Below, one piece after another: positions 39,456-50,210 of a DNA stretch of 64,000 nt. The translations under genes and the position numbers were made by a program. The stretch is taken from the NCBI GenBank assembly GCA_963662285.2, contig CAXXMV010000006.1:1248001-1312000 (forward strand). Direction: 5' to 3'. Source of the stretch: a bacterium (GTDB lineage Bacteria > Hinthialibacterota > Hinthialibacteria > Hinthialibacterales > Hinthialibacteraceae). Every line of letters begins with the position of its first letter. Position 1 is the first letter of the stretch. The notes below the pieces were generated by a model. That model was not told where the DNA came from. It saw only the letters and a list, made by a program, of their open reading frames with translations, and made no database searches.

Positions 39456-41180
39456 ATGAATCTTCATCCAATTGATATTGCTATTCTCGTTGTATATTTA
39501 CTAGGTATAGTCTGCGCCGGTCTCTATTTAAGGCGCCGCGCCGCTGGCGGCGTGGAAGATTATTTCCTGGCGGGACGCAAGACGCATTGGCTTTTTCTGG
39601 CCATGTCGGGCAGCGTTACTACCTATGACATCACCGGAACCATGTGGATTGTGGCCATGTTCTATACTATGGGTCTCAAGGGAATGTGGATTCATTGGTC
39701 ATGGGGATTCATGATGCCCGCTTTCTTTATGACATTCGCGGGCAAGTGGGTGCGGCGCTCTAATGTGGTCACTGGCGCCGAATGGATTCGCACCCGTTTC
39801 GGTGAAGGGATTGACGGACGGATAGCGCGTCAGGCCTATGCGGTTATGGCTATAGTGTTCTGCGTCGGTTTGATCGGTTACGCCTTTCAGGGGATCGGCA
39901 AATTCAGTTCAGTTTACTTGCCTGTATCAGAAACCACCGGCGCCTTGTTTATCATCAGTATAATCTCAGTCTATGTAATTCTTGGAGGCATGTATAGCGT
40001 TATCTTTGCTGACGTAATACAGACTGTTATTCTGACTATCGCCGCCTTTATGGTGGCGGTCATCTGTTACAATAATATTTCCTATGAATCACTGGTGGCT
40101 TCAGTACCCGAAGGGTGGCTTGATATCATGCCCGGCTGGCAGCCGGAATATCTGGCCAATACCGACTATCAGTTTTTTGGATTAATGTGCATCGCCTGGA
40201 CGGTTAAAGGCATGATGTTGAACGCAGGCGGCCCGGGTCAACTGACAGATTTTCAGCGTTTCCTATCGGCGCGCAACGCCAGGGAAAGTTGTAAACTAGG
40301 CGCTGCATGGTCGTTCTTTCTGGTATCGCGCTGGGCTATGTGTATAGGCATCACTGCTCTGGCCATCACCGGGATCGCTGGAGTATCTGATACCGAAAAA
40401 GTTCTGCCATTTGTGTTGAATGAATATCTTCCCGTCGGTTTGAAAGGGATAATCCTGGCGGGATTTATCGCGGCCTTTATGTCAACCTTCGATTCAACCA
40501 TCAATGTAGGCGCATCCTATATTGTGGAAGATTTCTACCGCGCTTTATTCAATCCCGATGCTACCAGGAAACAATTGACCCGTGCGTCATACCTGGCATC
40601 CCTATCAATCATCATTGTCGGAGTATGCGTCGGATTTAACGCGACTTCAATTACATCAATATGGAATTGGCTGATTATGGTCTTCAGCGCCGGATTCCTG
40701 ATACCCAACCTGCTGCGCTGGTATTGGTGGAGATTCAATGGCTGGGGAGTGGTAGGATCAGTCGGCGCAGGAATGTTCTTATGTTTCTTTCTAACTATTG
40801 TTTATCCTGAGGCGCCGATTTACGTCAGTCTCTATATCATTATCGGAGGTTCGTTTATTGCCGCTATTATCGCTACCTTCGCGACTCCCGCTACTGATAG
40901 AAAAATCCTGCATGATTTTTACGCTTCAATCAGACCGGGTGGATGGTGGCGGCCCATTAAAAATGAGATTGGCGTTGAGAATATTCCACCTAATAATGAT
41001 AACTTCACCCGCGATGCGTTCAATACAGTGATAGCATTGGCTGTAGTTCTCAGTCTATATCTAATGCCGGTTTATGCCGTGATCCATCATTGGACGCATT
41101 TCGCAGTCCTGGCGGGAGCATTCGTCATCGGTTCATTGATATTAATGATGACTTGGTATCCATATCTTCCTGAAGATTAG
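39456..41180 (+). CDS. Sodium:solute symporter (SSS) family transporter
   Basis: EDYFLAGR, TGAEWIRTRFG, QRFLSA and AAFMSTFDS motifs; many TM helices. Confidence 0.92.
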   Translation: MNLHPIDIAILVVYLLGIVCAGLYLRRRAAGGVEDYFLAGRKTHWLFLAMSGSVTTYDITGTMWIVAMFYTMGLKGMWIHWSWGFMMPAFFMTFAGKWVRRSNVVTGAEWIRTRFGEGIDGRIARQAYAVMAIVFCVGLIGYAFQGIGKFSSVYLPVSETTGALFIISIISVYVILGGMYSVIFADVIQTVILTIAAFMVAVICYNNISYESLVASVPEGWLDIMPGWQPEYLANTDYQFFGLMCIAWTVKGMMLNAGGPGQLTDFQRFLSARNARESCKLGAAWSFFLVSRWAMCIGITALAITGIAGVSDTEKVLPFVLNEYLPVGLKGIILAGFIAAFMSTFDSTINVGASYIVEDFYRALFNPDATRKQLTRASYLASLSIIIVGVCVGFNATSITSIWNWLIMVFSAGFLIPNLLRWYWWRFNGWGVVGSVGAGMFLCFFLTIVYPEAPIYVSLYIIIGGSFIAAIIATFATPATDRKILHDFYASIRPGGWWRPIKNEIGVENIPPNNDNFTRDAFNTVIALAVVLSLYLMPVYAVIHHWTHFAVLAGAFVIGSLILMMTWYPYLPED

Positions 41181-41220
41181 GGTGATAGACAACGCCATGT
41201 TTTATTTAGAACGATAATAT

Positions 41221-41257
41221 AAAAAGCCCCTTTTCGGTAATGAAGAGGGGCTTTTTT
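41221..41257. terminator. Bidirectional terminator between convergent genes
   Basis: AAAAAGCCCCTTTTC..GAAGAGGGGCTTTTTT. Confidence 0.8.
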
Positions 41258-41279
41258 GAATTTAAAAATCTAATCCGTT

Positions 41280-42194
41280 CTAATACAGGTCTTTATAACT
41301 AACCAGTTTGATTCCTCTGCGTTTAATGACCTCTTTTACCTTATCGCTGGTGAAGGCCTTGGTGACTCCATCGCGGTCGGCGGCGACATTGCGGTATCCT
41401 TCGTGACCGATGGTCTCCATTTCCGGGGTATCAAAAGCTGGATGTTCGACGAATAGCCAGACGCCCGGTTTAAGGTTCTCCAGAATTTTCACCATAGCGT
41501 CGATCTTTTGATCCGGCGTGGTTTGGCCGCCGCCAAAGCCGCCTGCGGATTGCAGTCCAGGCGCCGAGAGGGGCAGTTGGTATTCTTTTGATAATCTGTT
41601 GACCAGCGCTTTCAGTTCCGGGGTGCAGGTCGCTGTGCCCATGTGGTTGGTTATATGGGAAACATGCGGGATTTTCTGTTTGGCCAATTCAATCTGCGCC
41701 CGTAGTTCCTGTTCGACTTCTTCGATCTTCCATTTGGATTGCAGGAAACCAGTATTAGGCGGGAAATCATTACGTTGAGAAGTCATAGGGAAAAAATGCC
41801 CCTGCTCATCAACCAGACTTGGCGCGTTAGATATCGGTCCCCATTTGTAATATTCCCATTCACTGGTCAGGTCGAGATGAACGCCGACATCATAACCGGG
41901 ATTCTCATTAAGCATCTTTACGGCTTCGTTGAACCAGGGAGCGGTTACCAATACTTCCACCGAGCGGGCGATGCCTTCTTTATAGCTTTTGATGCAGGCC
42001 AGATTTACTGAATGAGCGGCGCCAATATCATCGGCGCGGACAATCAGCTTTATGTCATCTTCAGCAATAGCTGGACTGTATGATATCACTACCATTCCCA
42101 TTCCCAGTAGCACTGCAAGCACGAAGAACTTGGTAAACTTTTTTAATAGTATATGTCTCATGATAATAATTCCTTTCAAATTAGGTACAATCAT
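41280..42194 (-). CDS. Secreted YdjC/ChbG-family carbohydrate deacetylase
   Basis: LIVRADDIG, GVHLDLTSEW, HITNHMG and HP motifs; signal peptide. True start is probably a downstream Met. Confidence 0.85.
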   Translation of the reverse strand: MIVPNLKGIIIMRHILLKKFTKFFVLAVLLGMGMVVISYSPAIAEDDIKLIVRADDIGAAHSVNLACIKSYKEGIARSVEVLVTAPWFNEAVKMLNENPGYDVGVHLDLTSEWEYYKWGPISNAPSLVDEQGHFFPMTSQRNDFPPNTGFLQSKWKIEEVEQELRAQIELAKQKIPHVSHITNHMGTATCTPELKALVNRLSKEYQLPLSAPGLQSAGGFGGGQTTPDQKIDAMVKILENLKPGVWLFVEHPAFDTPEMETIGHEGYRNVAADRDGVTKAFTSDKVKEVIKRRGIKLVSYKDLY

Positions 42195-42342
42195 TATTGC
42201 ATTATAACAAAGCGTAGGAAATGGCTAATAGATTTGTTCAATTTGTTTTGCCAAGATGGCATGATATTTTGCGTGATGCAATTATTATGTTGCTATCACT
42301 AATACTTCCCTGTAGGATAATGTTTTCGGGGAGGAAGGGTAA

Positions 42343-45222
42343 ATGTTGATTAAGCGGACATTGGTTTATGCAATTGTATATGTATGTTTGATATGGCAGT
42401 CTGCGGTTTATGCAGATCAACGTCTCGAACTGGTTGATGCGTTGCGCGATGATAATGTCAAACTGGCCTCGGAACTGATCCAATCATCAACCGGAAACAT
42501 TTCTTCAGAACAGTTGCAGAAGATTGATGAGGTTCTGCAAGAGAAATCTTTTCAGCAGGAATGGATTCCAGTTTTTGAAGCGCTGATCGAACACTATCCC
42601 AAGCGAAGTCAGTTACGTTTATCTTTAGCTGACTCATATCTGAATGCCAAAGATATCAATACATCCATGAGCATCCTTGGTCAGGCAGTTGATGATGATC
42701 CCGGAAACCAGCATCTCCTGCAAAGCGCATCCGTCATGGCATATACCAAGCATCAATACCCTGAAGCCCGTGAATGGGTGGATAAACTGCTTAAGATCAA
42801 TCCCAGGAATGTAGAGGGACTCTTCTTAAAAGGCTGCATTCTCTCCCGCATGGGCAATAGCGATGATTCCCGTAAATTGTTTAATAGAGTAATGGAACTC
42901 GACGCCTATCATCGATTGGTGCATTATGAACTTGGATTGTTGGAAAATCGTTTGGGTAATAGTGACGCGGCTGAACTGCATCTCCGAACTGTTATCAATC
43001 AGCAGCCCTTTTTTCTTGAAGCCTACAATGCTTTATCAGTGGCGCTGGCTCGACGGAATAAGCAAGCGGAAGTCGAAAAAGTCCGCCGTATAGCAACCTA
43101 TCTCAAATCATGGGATCGCCCCAAACTACGCCGCGTCTGGCATTCATTTAATAATCCCCGCGCTATTCCACTCCAGGGCATGTATGAATTATCCCTTGAG
43201 TTTATCCAGGTCGGGCGTGATGATTTGGCTCAGCAACTCCTGTTCAGTCAATTCGAGAAAATAAAATCCAACCAGACCCTGGTTATGCTGTTGGCGCAGA
43301 TTTATCAGAACAGAAAGAAATATCAGGAATGTCTTGATATCCTGGATCAGATAGAAAACCAGGATCAGCGCGACTCTGAAATGTTCGCCGTCTTAAAAGC
43401 ATGGTCGCTCTTTCAATTAGACCGTATTGATGAATGCCGCAATTACTATGATAAAATGTCGTTGATGCATGGTGAATCAAAACATTTACAAAATCTTAAA
43501 AAAGCGCTTTATAATTACTCTGGAGCAAAGGATGCGCCGTTGGTTTCATCTGTTCCAAAGGAAGCGCAAGCCGTACAATCGCGACCGGAAGTTAAAAACA
43601 CTGAATCAGATTCACCCGCAGTTTTGCCTGATGCAACCCGTCATGCTAATGACGATGTTATATCCAGTATTTTCAAATTCGAAGATGTTACCCGAAAAGT
43701 CGGTCTGGATAGTTTCAAGCATACCCTGGGCAATGCCGACAAGCGTTGGATTTTGGACGCTATGGGGTCAGGCGTGGCAGTGGGAGATTATGATAATGAT
43801 GGAGATGACGATATATACTTCGTCAATGGACGACCTGATGCCAAGCAGGCGGATCCCCGTTATCGCAATGCGCTGTATCGAAACGATAAGGGGCGTTTCA
43901 TTGACGTAACCGATCAGGCTGGAGTTGGCGACACGGGGTATGGCATGTGCGCTATCTTCGGTGATGTGGATAATGATGGTTATGTCGATCTATTCGTGGG
44001 CAACTATGGCGCTAACACTCTATACCACAACAATGGCGATGGAACTTTTCGTGATATCACAGATCATTCAAATACTGCTGATGATGGATACGCCGCAGCC
44101 GCCGCATTCGCCGACGTAGACCGTGATGGCGACCTTGATCTGTTCGTAGGCAACTATGTTGCATTTGATCCCGATAAGCATTCAGATGTTCGAGGTTCAT
44201 ATCTTGGCATGGCGGTTTTCGCTGGACCCCTGGCTTTTCCCCCTCAACCAGACCGCTTGTATCTTAACGATGGCAATGCGGTCTTCACCGATGTCTCAGA
44301 TAATGCAGGCATGAATCCTACAGTGGGTCGAGCCATGGGCGCCGTCTTCTTTGATCTGGAAAACGACGGCGACCTTGATCTGTATATCACCAACGATTCC
44401 ACCTATAACTTCGTCTTACAGAACCGGGGCGATGGAACATTTGAAGATGTAAGTTACCTGTCAGGCGGCGCCTTCACCGAAACCGGCGTTGAAGGCGCCA
44501 GCATGGGAGTCATAGCGGGCGACTATAACAATGATAGCTTCTTTGATTTATATGTGACCTCTTATGAACGGCAGACTGATCGTCTCTTTATCAACGATGG
44601 GCAAGGGCATCTAACCGACAACACCGGACCGGTGGGGCTTTTAGGAACCAGTTACAATCTGGTAACCTGGGGCGCCTTATGGTGCGACTTTGACGCCGAT
44701 GGCTGGCTGGATATCTTCACCTCCAATGGTCATATCTATCCGCAAGTGCGCCAACTGAGCCAGGGTCAGGCGTATGAACAGGGCGTGACTTTTTATCAAA
44801 ACCAAGAAGGTAATTATAAAGATATAACCAGCGTGATGAAATTTGAGACCTACAAGCCGAAGCCGGGCAGGGGAGCGGCGCTGCTTGATTACGACCTGGA
44901 TGGCGACATGGATATCATCATAAACTGCATCGATGATTCTCCACAATTGTTAGAGAATAAAACCAAAACCGGCAATTGGTTGACCGTATCGTTGCAGGGA
45001 ACTTCAGCGGATTTATATGGGGTGCGCGTAGTCGCCCGAAAGGGAGAGCGAACCTGGAGCAGAATGATTGATGGCGGCTCCAGTTATCTCTCTAAATCAA
45101 CATCGTCAGTACATTTTGGATTCGGCGAAATTACCGAAATCGATTCATTGACAATATATTGGCATCACCGTGATCAGCAAATTATCAAATCGCCTAAACT
45201 AAATCAAATATTATCTAAATAG
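42343..45222 (+). CDS. TPR + FG-GAP repeat + ASPIC/UnbV (CRTAC1-like) protein
   Basis: N-terminal TPR helices; MGSGVAVGDYDNDG and many DxDxDG repeats; GGSSYLS..VHFGFG C-terminal domain. Confidence 0.88.
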   Translation: MLIKRTLVYAIVYVCLIWQSAVYADQRLELVDALRDDNVKLASELIQSSTGNISSEQLQKIDEVLQEKSFQQEWIPVFEALIEHYPKRSQLRLSLADSYLNAKDINTSMSILGQAVDDDPGNQHLLQSASVMAYTKHQYPEAREWVDKLLKINPRNVEGLFLKGCILSRMGNSDDSRKLFNRVMELDAYHRLVHYELGLLENRLGNSDAAELHLRTVINQQPFFLEAYNALSVALARRNKQAEVEKVRRIATYLKSWDRPKLRRVWHSFNNPRAIPLQGMYELSLEFIQVGRDDLAQQLLFSQFEKIKSNQTLVMLLAQIYQNRKKYQECLDILDQIENQDQRDSEMFAVLKAWSLFQLDRIDECRNYYDKMSLMHGESKHLQNLKKALYNYSGAKDAPLVSSVPKEAQAVQSRPEVKNTESDSPAVLPDATRHANDDVISSIFKFEDVTRKVGLDSFKHTLGNADKRWILDAMGSGVAVGDYDNDGDDDIYFVNGRPDAKQADPRYRNALYRNDKGRFIDVTDQAGVGDTGYGMCAIFGDVDNDGYVDLFVGNYGANTLYHNNGDGTFRDITDHSNTADDGYAAAAAFADVDRDGDLDLFVGNYVAFDPDKHSDVRGSYLGMAVFAGPLAFPPQPDRLYLNDGNAVFTDVSDNAGMNPTVGRAMGAVFFDLENDGDLDLYITNDSTYNFVLQNRGDGTFEDVSYLSGGAFTETGVEGASMGVIAGDYNNDSFFDLYVTSYERQTDRLFINDGQGHLTDNTGPVGLLGTSYNLVTWGALWCDFDADGWLDIFTSNGHIYPQVRQLSQGQAYEQGVTFYQNQEGNYKDITSVMKFETYKPKPGRGAALLDYDLDGDMDIIINCIDDSPQLLENKTKTGNWLTVSLQGTSADLYGVRVVARKGERTWSRMIDGGSSYLSKSTSSVHFGFGEITEIDSLTIYWHHRDQQIIKSPKLNQILSK

Positions 45223-45343
45223 GATGCGCCGGGTGATGGCTTGTTAAATTGGATATGATATATATTATCAAGAATTTCTTAAATTCATTAGAAATCAGGA
45301 TATCATAAACTCAGACTGTATTAAAAAAGGGAGAGTATAATCG

Positions 45344-46493
45344 ATGAAAAAGATTGTAGTACTACCTGTGTTATTGGTTGGATTGGTGTTATCGAGTATT
45401 GTTTTTGCTGAGACGCCTTCTTCTATCACTGAACTGCTTCAGCCATATATCGAAAAACATGAACTGGCTGGCGCTGTCGCGCTCGTGGCTGACAAAGACA
45501 AAGTGTTGTCCGTGGAAACTGTTGGATTTTCCGATATCGCCGGAAAGAAGGATATGGAATCCGACGCCATATTCTGGATCGCCTCGCAATCAAAGGCCAT
45601 GACAGCTGTCGCGGTGATGATGCTGGTGGACGAGGGGAAAATCGGACTCGATGATCCCGTAGAGAAATACTTGCCGGAGTTCCGTGGGCAGATGGTCGTG
45701 GTGGAGAAAGATGCCGACCACGCTCTACTGCGCAAGCCATACCCACCCCATCACGGTCCGTGAAGTCCTCAGTCACATGAGCGGACTGCCGTTTAAATCT
45801 GCCATTGAGACGCCGACTCTTGATGGCTTGCCGCTCGCCGCCGCCGTGCGCAGTTATGCAATGACGCCGCTGCAGACAGAGCCGGGCGTAAACTATGCCT
45901 ATTCCAATGCGGGCATCAATACGGCGGCGCGCATCCTCGAAGTCGTGAGTGGAATGAAATACGAAGATTTCATGCAGCAGCGGCTGTTTACGCCGCTTGG
46001 GATGAAAGATACTACTTTTTGGCCAACCCAAGAGCAGACGCAGAGGATCGCCAAATCGTATAGTCCAGGCGCTGGAAAAAAGAATCTGGTAGAGATTCCC
46101 ATTGGCCAGCTTACCTATCCACTTACAAATAGAACCAACAGGTTCCCAATGCCTGCGGGCGGGCTATTTTCCACGGCGCAAGACACAGCGCGTTTCTGCC
46201 AGATGCTGCTCAATGGCGGCGAACTGAATGGTAAACGTTTCCTCAGTGACGCGGCATTCAAAGAACTGACCGGGCGGCAGACGCCGGAATCGGTGAAAGA
46301 AAGTTACGGCTTTGGATTGTCCGTAGGCGATGATTGGTTCGGGCACGGCGGCGCTTTTGCCACGAATATGCAAATCAGCACTGCCAAGGGTCTTGTGATG
46401 ATCTGGATGGTGCAGCATGACGGCTTCCCAGGCGAAGGCGGGAAAGCGCAAAATGTTTTCAAACAATGGGCGCTTGAACAATTTGGAAAATGA
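45344..46493 (+). pseudogene. Frameshifted serine hydrolase (beta-lactamase class C family)
   Basis: SxxK (ASQSK) lies in 45344-45763. HPITVREVLSHMSG, YSN and HGG lie in the shifted frame. One extra base near 45740 (CCATACCCACCCC). Confidence 0.75.
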
Positions 46494-46571
46494 GACATCT
46501 TGATCATTGAGGTGAAGTTAGTTTGGTCGGATGGGACAAAGCGAAAGCGCGTCACATCTTTTTTAAACGCC

Positions 46572-46611
46572 GGGCGCCAAGGGCAAGACCGCAATGCGGT
46601 CAGCCCTTGAT
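46572..46611. repeat. 40-bp palindromic repeat copy, reverse orientation
   Basis: GGGCGCCAAGGGCAAGACCGCAATGCGGTCAGCCCTTGAT. Confidence 0.88.
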
Positions 46612-46736
46612 GAGATCACTTGCGCAAACTCAAAATTCCAAATCCTTAAAACTACCCAAGAGTATAAAATCCTGAATATCCTTCTATCCTGGTTATCCAG
46701 ATTCAGATAAAAATATGATCCTCCTGATCAGGTTTC

Positions 46737-48149
46737 CTATTGAGATTTTCGAATGAGCAGCACAGCGTCTGCTTCTCCGAAAGGGGATGTCAGGGTTTGT
46801 TTGGCGCCGCCGTTGATTTCATTACCGCGTTGACGTTCGCGGTTGTTTGGGTTGAACCAGAATGAAGTGAAACTTCCGTTGGCGTTTGAGAGATCGACTT
46901 CGACTTGTTTACCTTCGGGGAGATAGATTAGATACTTTTCTCCCTGTTCGGCCAGGCAGTATTTTGTGGAAACTAAATCGCTGTGTGGGATCATAGTGGT
47001 GAAATTCATCCGCTTAGACATGCGGCGCGCGTATCCCATGCTTTTTCGGATGGGTTCCCACTTGGGATCAAATTTCTTGCCCAGTACGACGCCGTCGTAC
47101 GGATCCATGAAGATGGGATTTAATCCACGGCATACGCTTTTCCATAGCCATGCCTGATTGCCGCCGATTCCCCAGAGGTGGTCGGTGTCGGTCAGGATGA
47201 CTTTGCCGCCTTTGTTGGCGGGCGGATTGTCGCGATAGCCGCCGTCGGGGTTTGGGGAAATCCAATCGGCGGGACTGTCGTACAAGTCTTGATTGCTGCC
47301 GCCCTTGAATTGGAAGGTCATTCCAACGGGGTGCTGTTTGGGTTTTGATTTTTCGTAGTCGTGGATGAAATAGATCATGGCGTATTGAAAGGGCGTGGAT
47401 GCAGGGTGATTTTCGTTGGAAATTTCATATAAAACATTGTCGAGATCGTTGACGGTATCTATGACTTTTTTGATGTATGTTTTTTGGATGGCGAGGATAT
47501 CAGGATTTACTAATTCATGGATTTCAACGCCGAGGCCGTCGCCGTTTTTGTCGCCATTGATTCCATTGACATTGTTGTCTTTATGGAACGGGTGGCTTAT
47601 GAGGCTGTCTTTCATGCGTTGCAATCCCCAGCCTTCGAACAACATGACCGAGACGTAAATGCCCTGGTCGCGCGCTTCAATGACGCGGGAACGCAGGCGC
47701 TCGAAATAGGCGGGATTAAATTTATCGAGATTGAATTTGGGTTTTTCGTCCAGCGCATTTCCCGGTCCGGTGCGCTGCCAGGGGAAAGGCGCGACGTGGT
47801 GTAGGGTGTTTTCATTGCGATGATCGGAGCCTGAAGTGTTCCATGATACCAGTTCCCACGCCCACATGCGCATGAAATTGTGGTTGAGTCCGCTCATCCA
47901 ATCGAGATAGGCGGTGTAATCGTGTTTGGGCGGAGGATCGGTAGGCCCCATATCGACGAGGTTGTACCAATGATGGGAACCGGTTAAAAAGATCGCTTGG
48001 CCGCTGTCATCGGTGAAATAACGCGGATTCTCTTTGCAGAGCCTCAATGGTCCGGTCGCGGGTCCGTCCGTGGGTTGAGATCTACTTTCCAGGTTAAAAG
48101 CGAACGCAATGATCAAAGCGAGGAGAATTGCTGAATATCGACTGTTCAT
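46737..48149 (-). CDS. Secreted glycoside hydrolase-like protein (DUF4038/DUF6298-type) with C-terminal collagen-binding-like domain
   Basis: NPRYFTD..G..IFLTGSH, FNL.KFN..YFERL, LYEISNE and DTDHLWG motifs; WFNP..G..FG..DAVL tail. Confidence 0.7.
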   Translation of the reverse strand: MNSRYSAILLALIIAFAFNLESRSQPTDGPATGPLRLCKENPRYFTDDSGQAIFLTGSHHWYNLVDMGPTDPPPKHDYTAYLDWMSGLNHNFMRMWAWELVSWNTSGSDHRNENTLHHVAPFPWQRTGPGNALDEKPKFNLDKFNPAYFERLRSRVIEARDQGIYVSVMLFEGWGLQRMKDSLISHPFHKDNNVNGINGDKNGDGLGVEIHELVNPDILAIQKTYIKKVIDTVNDLDNVLYEISNENHPASTPFQYAMIYFIHDYEKSKPKQHPVGMTFQFKGGSNQDLYDSPADWISPNPDGGYRDNPPANKGGKVILTDTDHLWGIGGNQAWLWKSVCRGLNPIFMDPYDGVVLGKKFDPKWEPIRKSMGYARRMSKRMNFTTMIPHSDLVSTKYCLAEQGEKYLIYLPEGKQVEVDLSNANGSFTSFWFNPNNRERQRGNEINGGAKQTLTSPFGEADAVLLIRKSQ

Positions 48150-48355
48150 AATAAAACCTCTTCTTCTATGATGGTTACTATTGTTAACCGGGATTACCTA
48201 ATCCAATAGGGTAGGTCGCGCTTTTTGACTCACCGAATAGACTGACTTCTTCTTGCCCTTGGCGCCCGTCATCAGTTTTTGAATGGTCTACGCATTCATC
48301 AATAATTTCATGTATTAAGGTGTACCACATTGTCAAGACGGATTTGAGAATTTTT

Positions 48356-48517
48356 TGTCTGAAACATGATGCTCAGGATGACAGGATTCTCATGATGGGC
48401 GAAGTTATATTCTTATGATATCCAAATTCAGGGAATCCAAATATCCTGAAATAGGAAGAATACCCATGATGAAAAATCCTGAGTATCATGCTAATCCGGG
48501 GTATCAGGATTCAGACA
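48356..48517. repeat. MITE-like element with TGTCTGAA...TTCAGACA ends and AGGAT/ATCCT sub-repeats
   Basis: Imperfect terminal inverted repeats. A related half-element lies at 46668-46709. Confidence 0.6.
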
Positions 48518-48762
48518 TTTTTTAATCAGCGCCCCATTCTTATCAGAATCGCTCCATCGAATCGTAGGTGTAATTGAAAAAGCAGGCGCCATCTTAGCAA
48601 TTTTTTATACTATCTTTTTCATTTATTTATGTATGAATAAGTAGTAGTATCATGTATTCTATTTACAATTATATCAATAATTTATATCAAATATCGCATG
48701 AAATTTCCATTTCAATTCAAGAAAAGTTTGTTTTTTCTTATGTCATCAATGGTTTGGTTGAA

Positions 48763-48791
48763 TAGACATTCATTTTAAGATGATCTAGAAT
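48763..48791 (+). promoter_or_regulatory. Putative sigma70 promoter of sat
   Basis: TAGACA, 17 bp, TAGAAT, about 190 bp upstream of sat. Confidence 0.5.
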
Positions 48792-48979
48792 CGCTTTCCA
48801 ATAGTGTTATTATCTGGATTTCGTTTATGAATTTATTTTATATTTATTTCAAAATAACGGATTATAAGGATTTTTTTTAATCGATGATTATCAGGAATCT
48901 TGATAATTTCTCTGAATGATAACCGAAAACGCATTCAAAACATTATTATCACAATAAATTTATTGAGGAGAAAAGAATA

Positions 48980-50164
48980 ATGATTAAACCCCATGGTTCG
49001 AGTACGCTTAATCCACTGTATGTGCAAGATGATGTAAAAAGAAACGCGCTTATTCAGGAAGCAGAAGGACTGCCCTCGATTTTGATTAGTTCTGCTGCTG
49101 CGGGCAATGCCGTCATGATGGGAAGCGGCTATTTTAATCCACTAACCGGATTCATGAACAAAGCGGATTCCATTAGCGTTGCGGAAAAAATGACTACTTC
49201 CAGCGGTCTGTTTTTCCCAGTGCCAATCATCAATGTAGTAGAAGATGCTTCTTCTATTAAAGGCATCAGCCGCATTGCTTTACGCGATCCCAATGTTGAT
49301 GGAAACCCGATAATTGCTATACAGGATGTGGAAGCAATTGAAGAGTTTTCTGATGATGAAATGAAAATGATGACGGATAAGATTTTCTGCACGGATGATC
49401 CTAAACATCCAGGCGTTGCAGCCTTTACTTCTGTTGGAAAAACATGCATCTCCGGTCCTATCCAAGTATTGAACTTCTCGTATTTTGATAAAGAGTTTCC
49501 AGATACATTCAGAACCGCCTATCAGATAAGAGAAGAGATGGAAAAACTGGGATGGGAAAAAGTTGTTGCGTTCCAAACCCGTAATCCCATGCATCGCGCT
49601 CATGAAGAACTATGCCGTATGGCGTATGAGGCTGTTAAGGCGGATGGCATCCTTATTCACATGTTGCTGGGTAAATTGAAACCAGGCGATATCCCTGCTG
49701 ATGTCAGAGACGCCAGCATTCGTAAAATGGTTGAATTATACTTCCCCGCGAATACAGTTTTAGTCACAGGTTACGGATTTGATATGCTTTACGCCGGCCC
49801 GAGAGAAGCTGTACTGCATGCCGTTTTCCGCCAGAACACAGGATGCACTCATTTAATCGTAGGAAGAGATCATGCTGGAGTCGGCGACTATTACGGTCCC
49901 TTTGATGCTCAGACCATATTCCACGAGCAAGTTCCTGAAGGCGCTTTGGAGATCGAAATTTTTGAAGCGGATCATACTGCCTGGTCGAAGAAATTAAACG
50001 AAGTAGTTATGATGCGTGATCATCCAGATCATACAAAAGATGATTATGTCTTCTTATCCGGCACAAAAGTGCGGGAGATGCTGTCAAAAGGCGAAGCCTT
50101 ACCAGTAGAATTTTCGCGACCGGAAGTGGCGGAAATCCTGATGAAATATTATCAGTCCTTATAA
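48980..50164 (+). CDS. sat: Sulfate adenylyltransferase (ATP sulfurylase)
   Basis: AFQTRNPMHRAHE, MLYAGPREA, GRDHAGVG and LSGTKVR motifs. Confidence 0.97.
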   Translation: MIKPHGSSTLNPLYVQDDVKRNALIQEAEGLPSILISSAAAGNAVMMGSGYFNPLTGFMNKADSISVAEKMTTSSGLFFPVPIINVVEDASSIKGISRIALRDPNVDGNPIIAIQDVEAIEEFSDDEMKMMTDKIFCTDDPKHPGVAAFTSVGKTCISGPIQVLNFSYFDKEFPDTFRTAYQIREEMEKLGWEKVVAFQTRNPMHRAHEELCRMAYEAVKADGILIHMLLGKLKPGDIPADVRDASIRKMVELYFPANTVLVTGYGFDMLYAGPREAVLHAVFRQNTGCTHLIVGRDHAGVGDYYGPFDAQTIFHEQVPEGALEIEIFEADHTAWSKKLNEVVMMRDHPDHTKDDYVFLSGTKVREMLSKGEALPVEFSRPEVAEILMKYYQSL

Positions 50165-50174
50165 TTAGGAAGAT

Positions 50175-50210
50175 CAATAAAAAGGGAGCCATTGGCTCCC
50201 TTTTTTATTG
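50175..50210 (+). terminator. Strong intrinsic terminator after sat
   Basis: CAATAAAAAGGGAGCC-ATT-GGCTCCCTTTTTTATTG. Confidence 0.88.
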
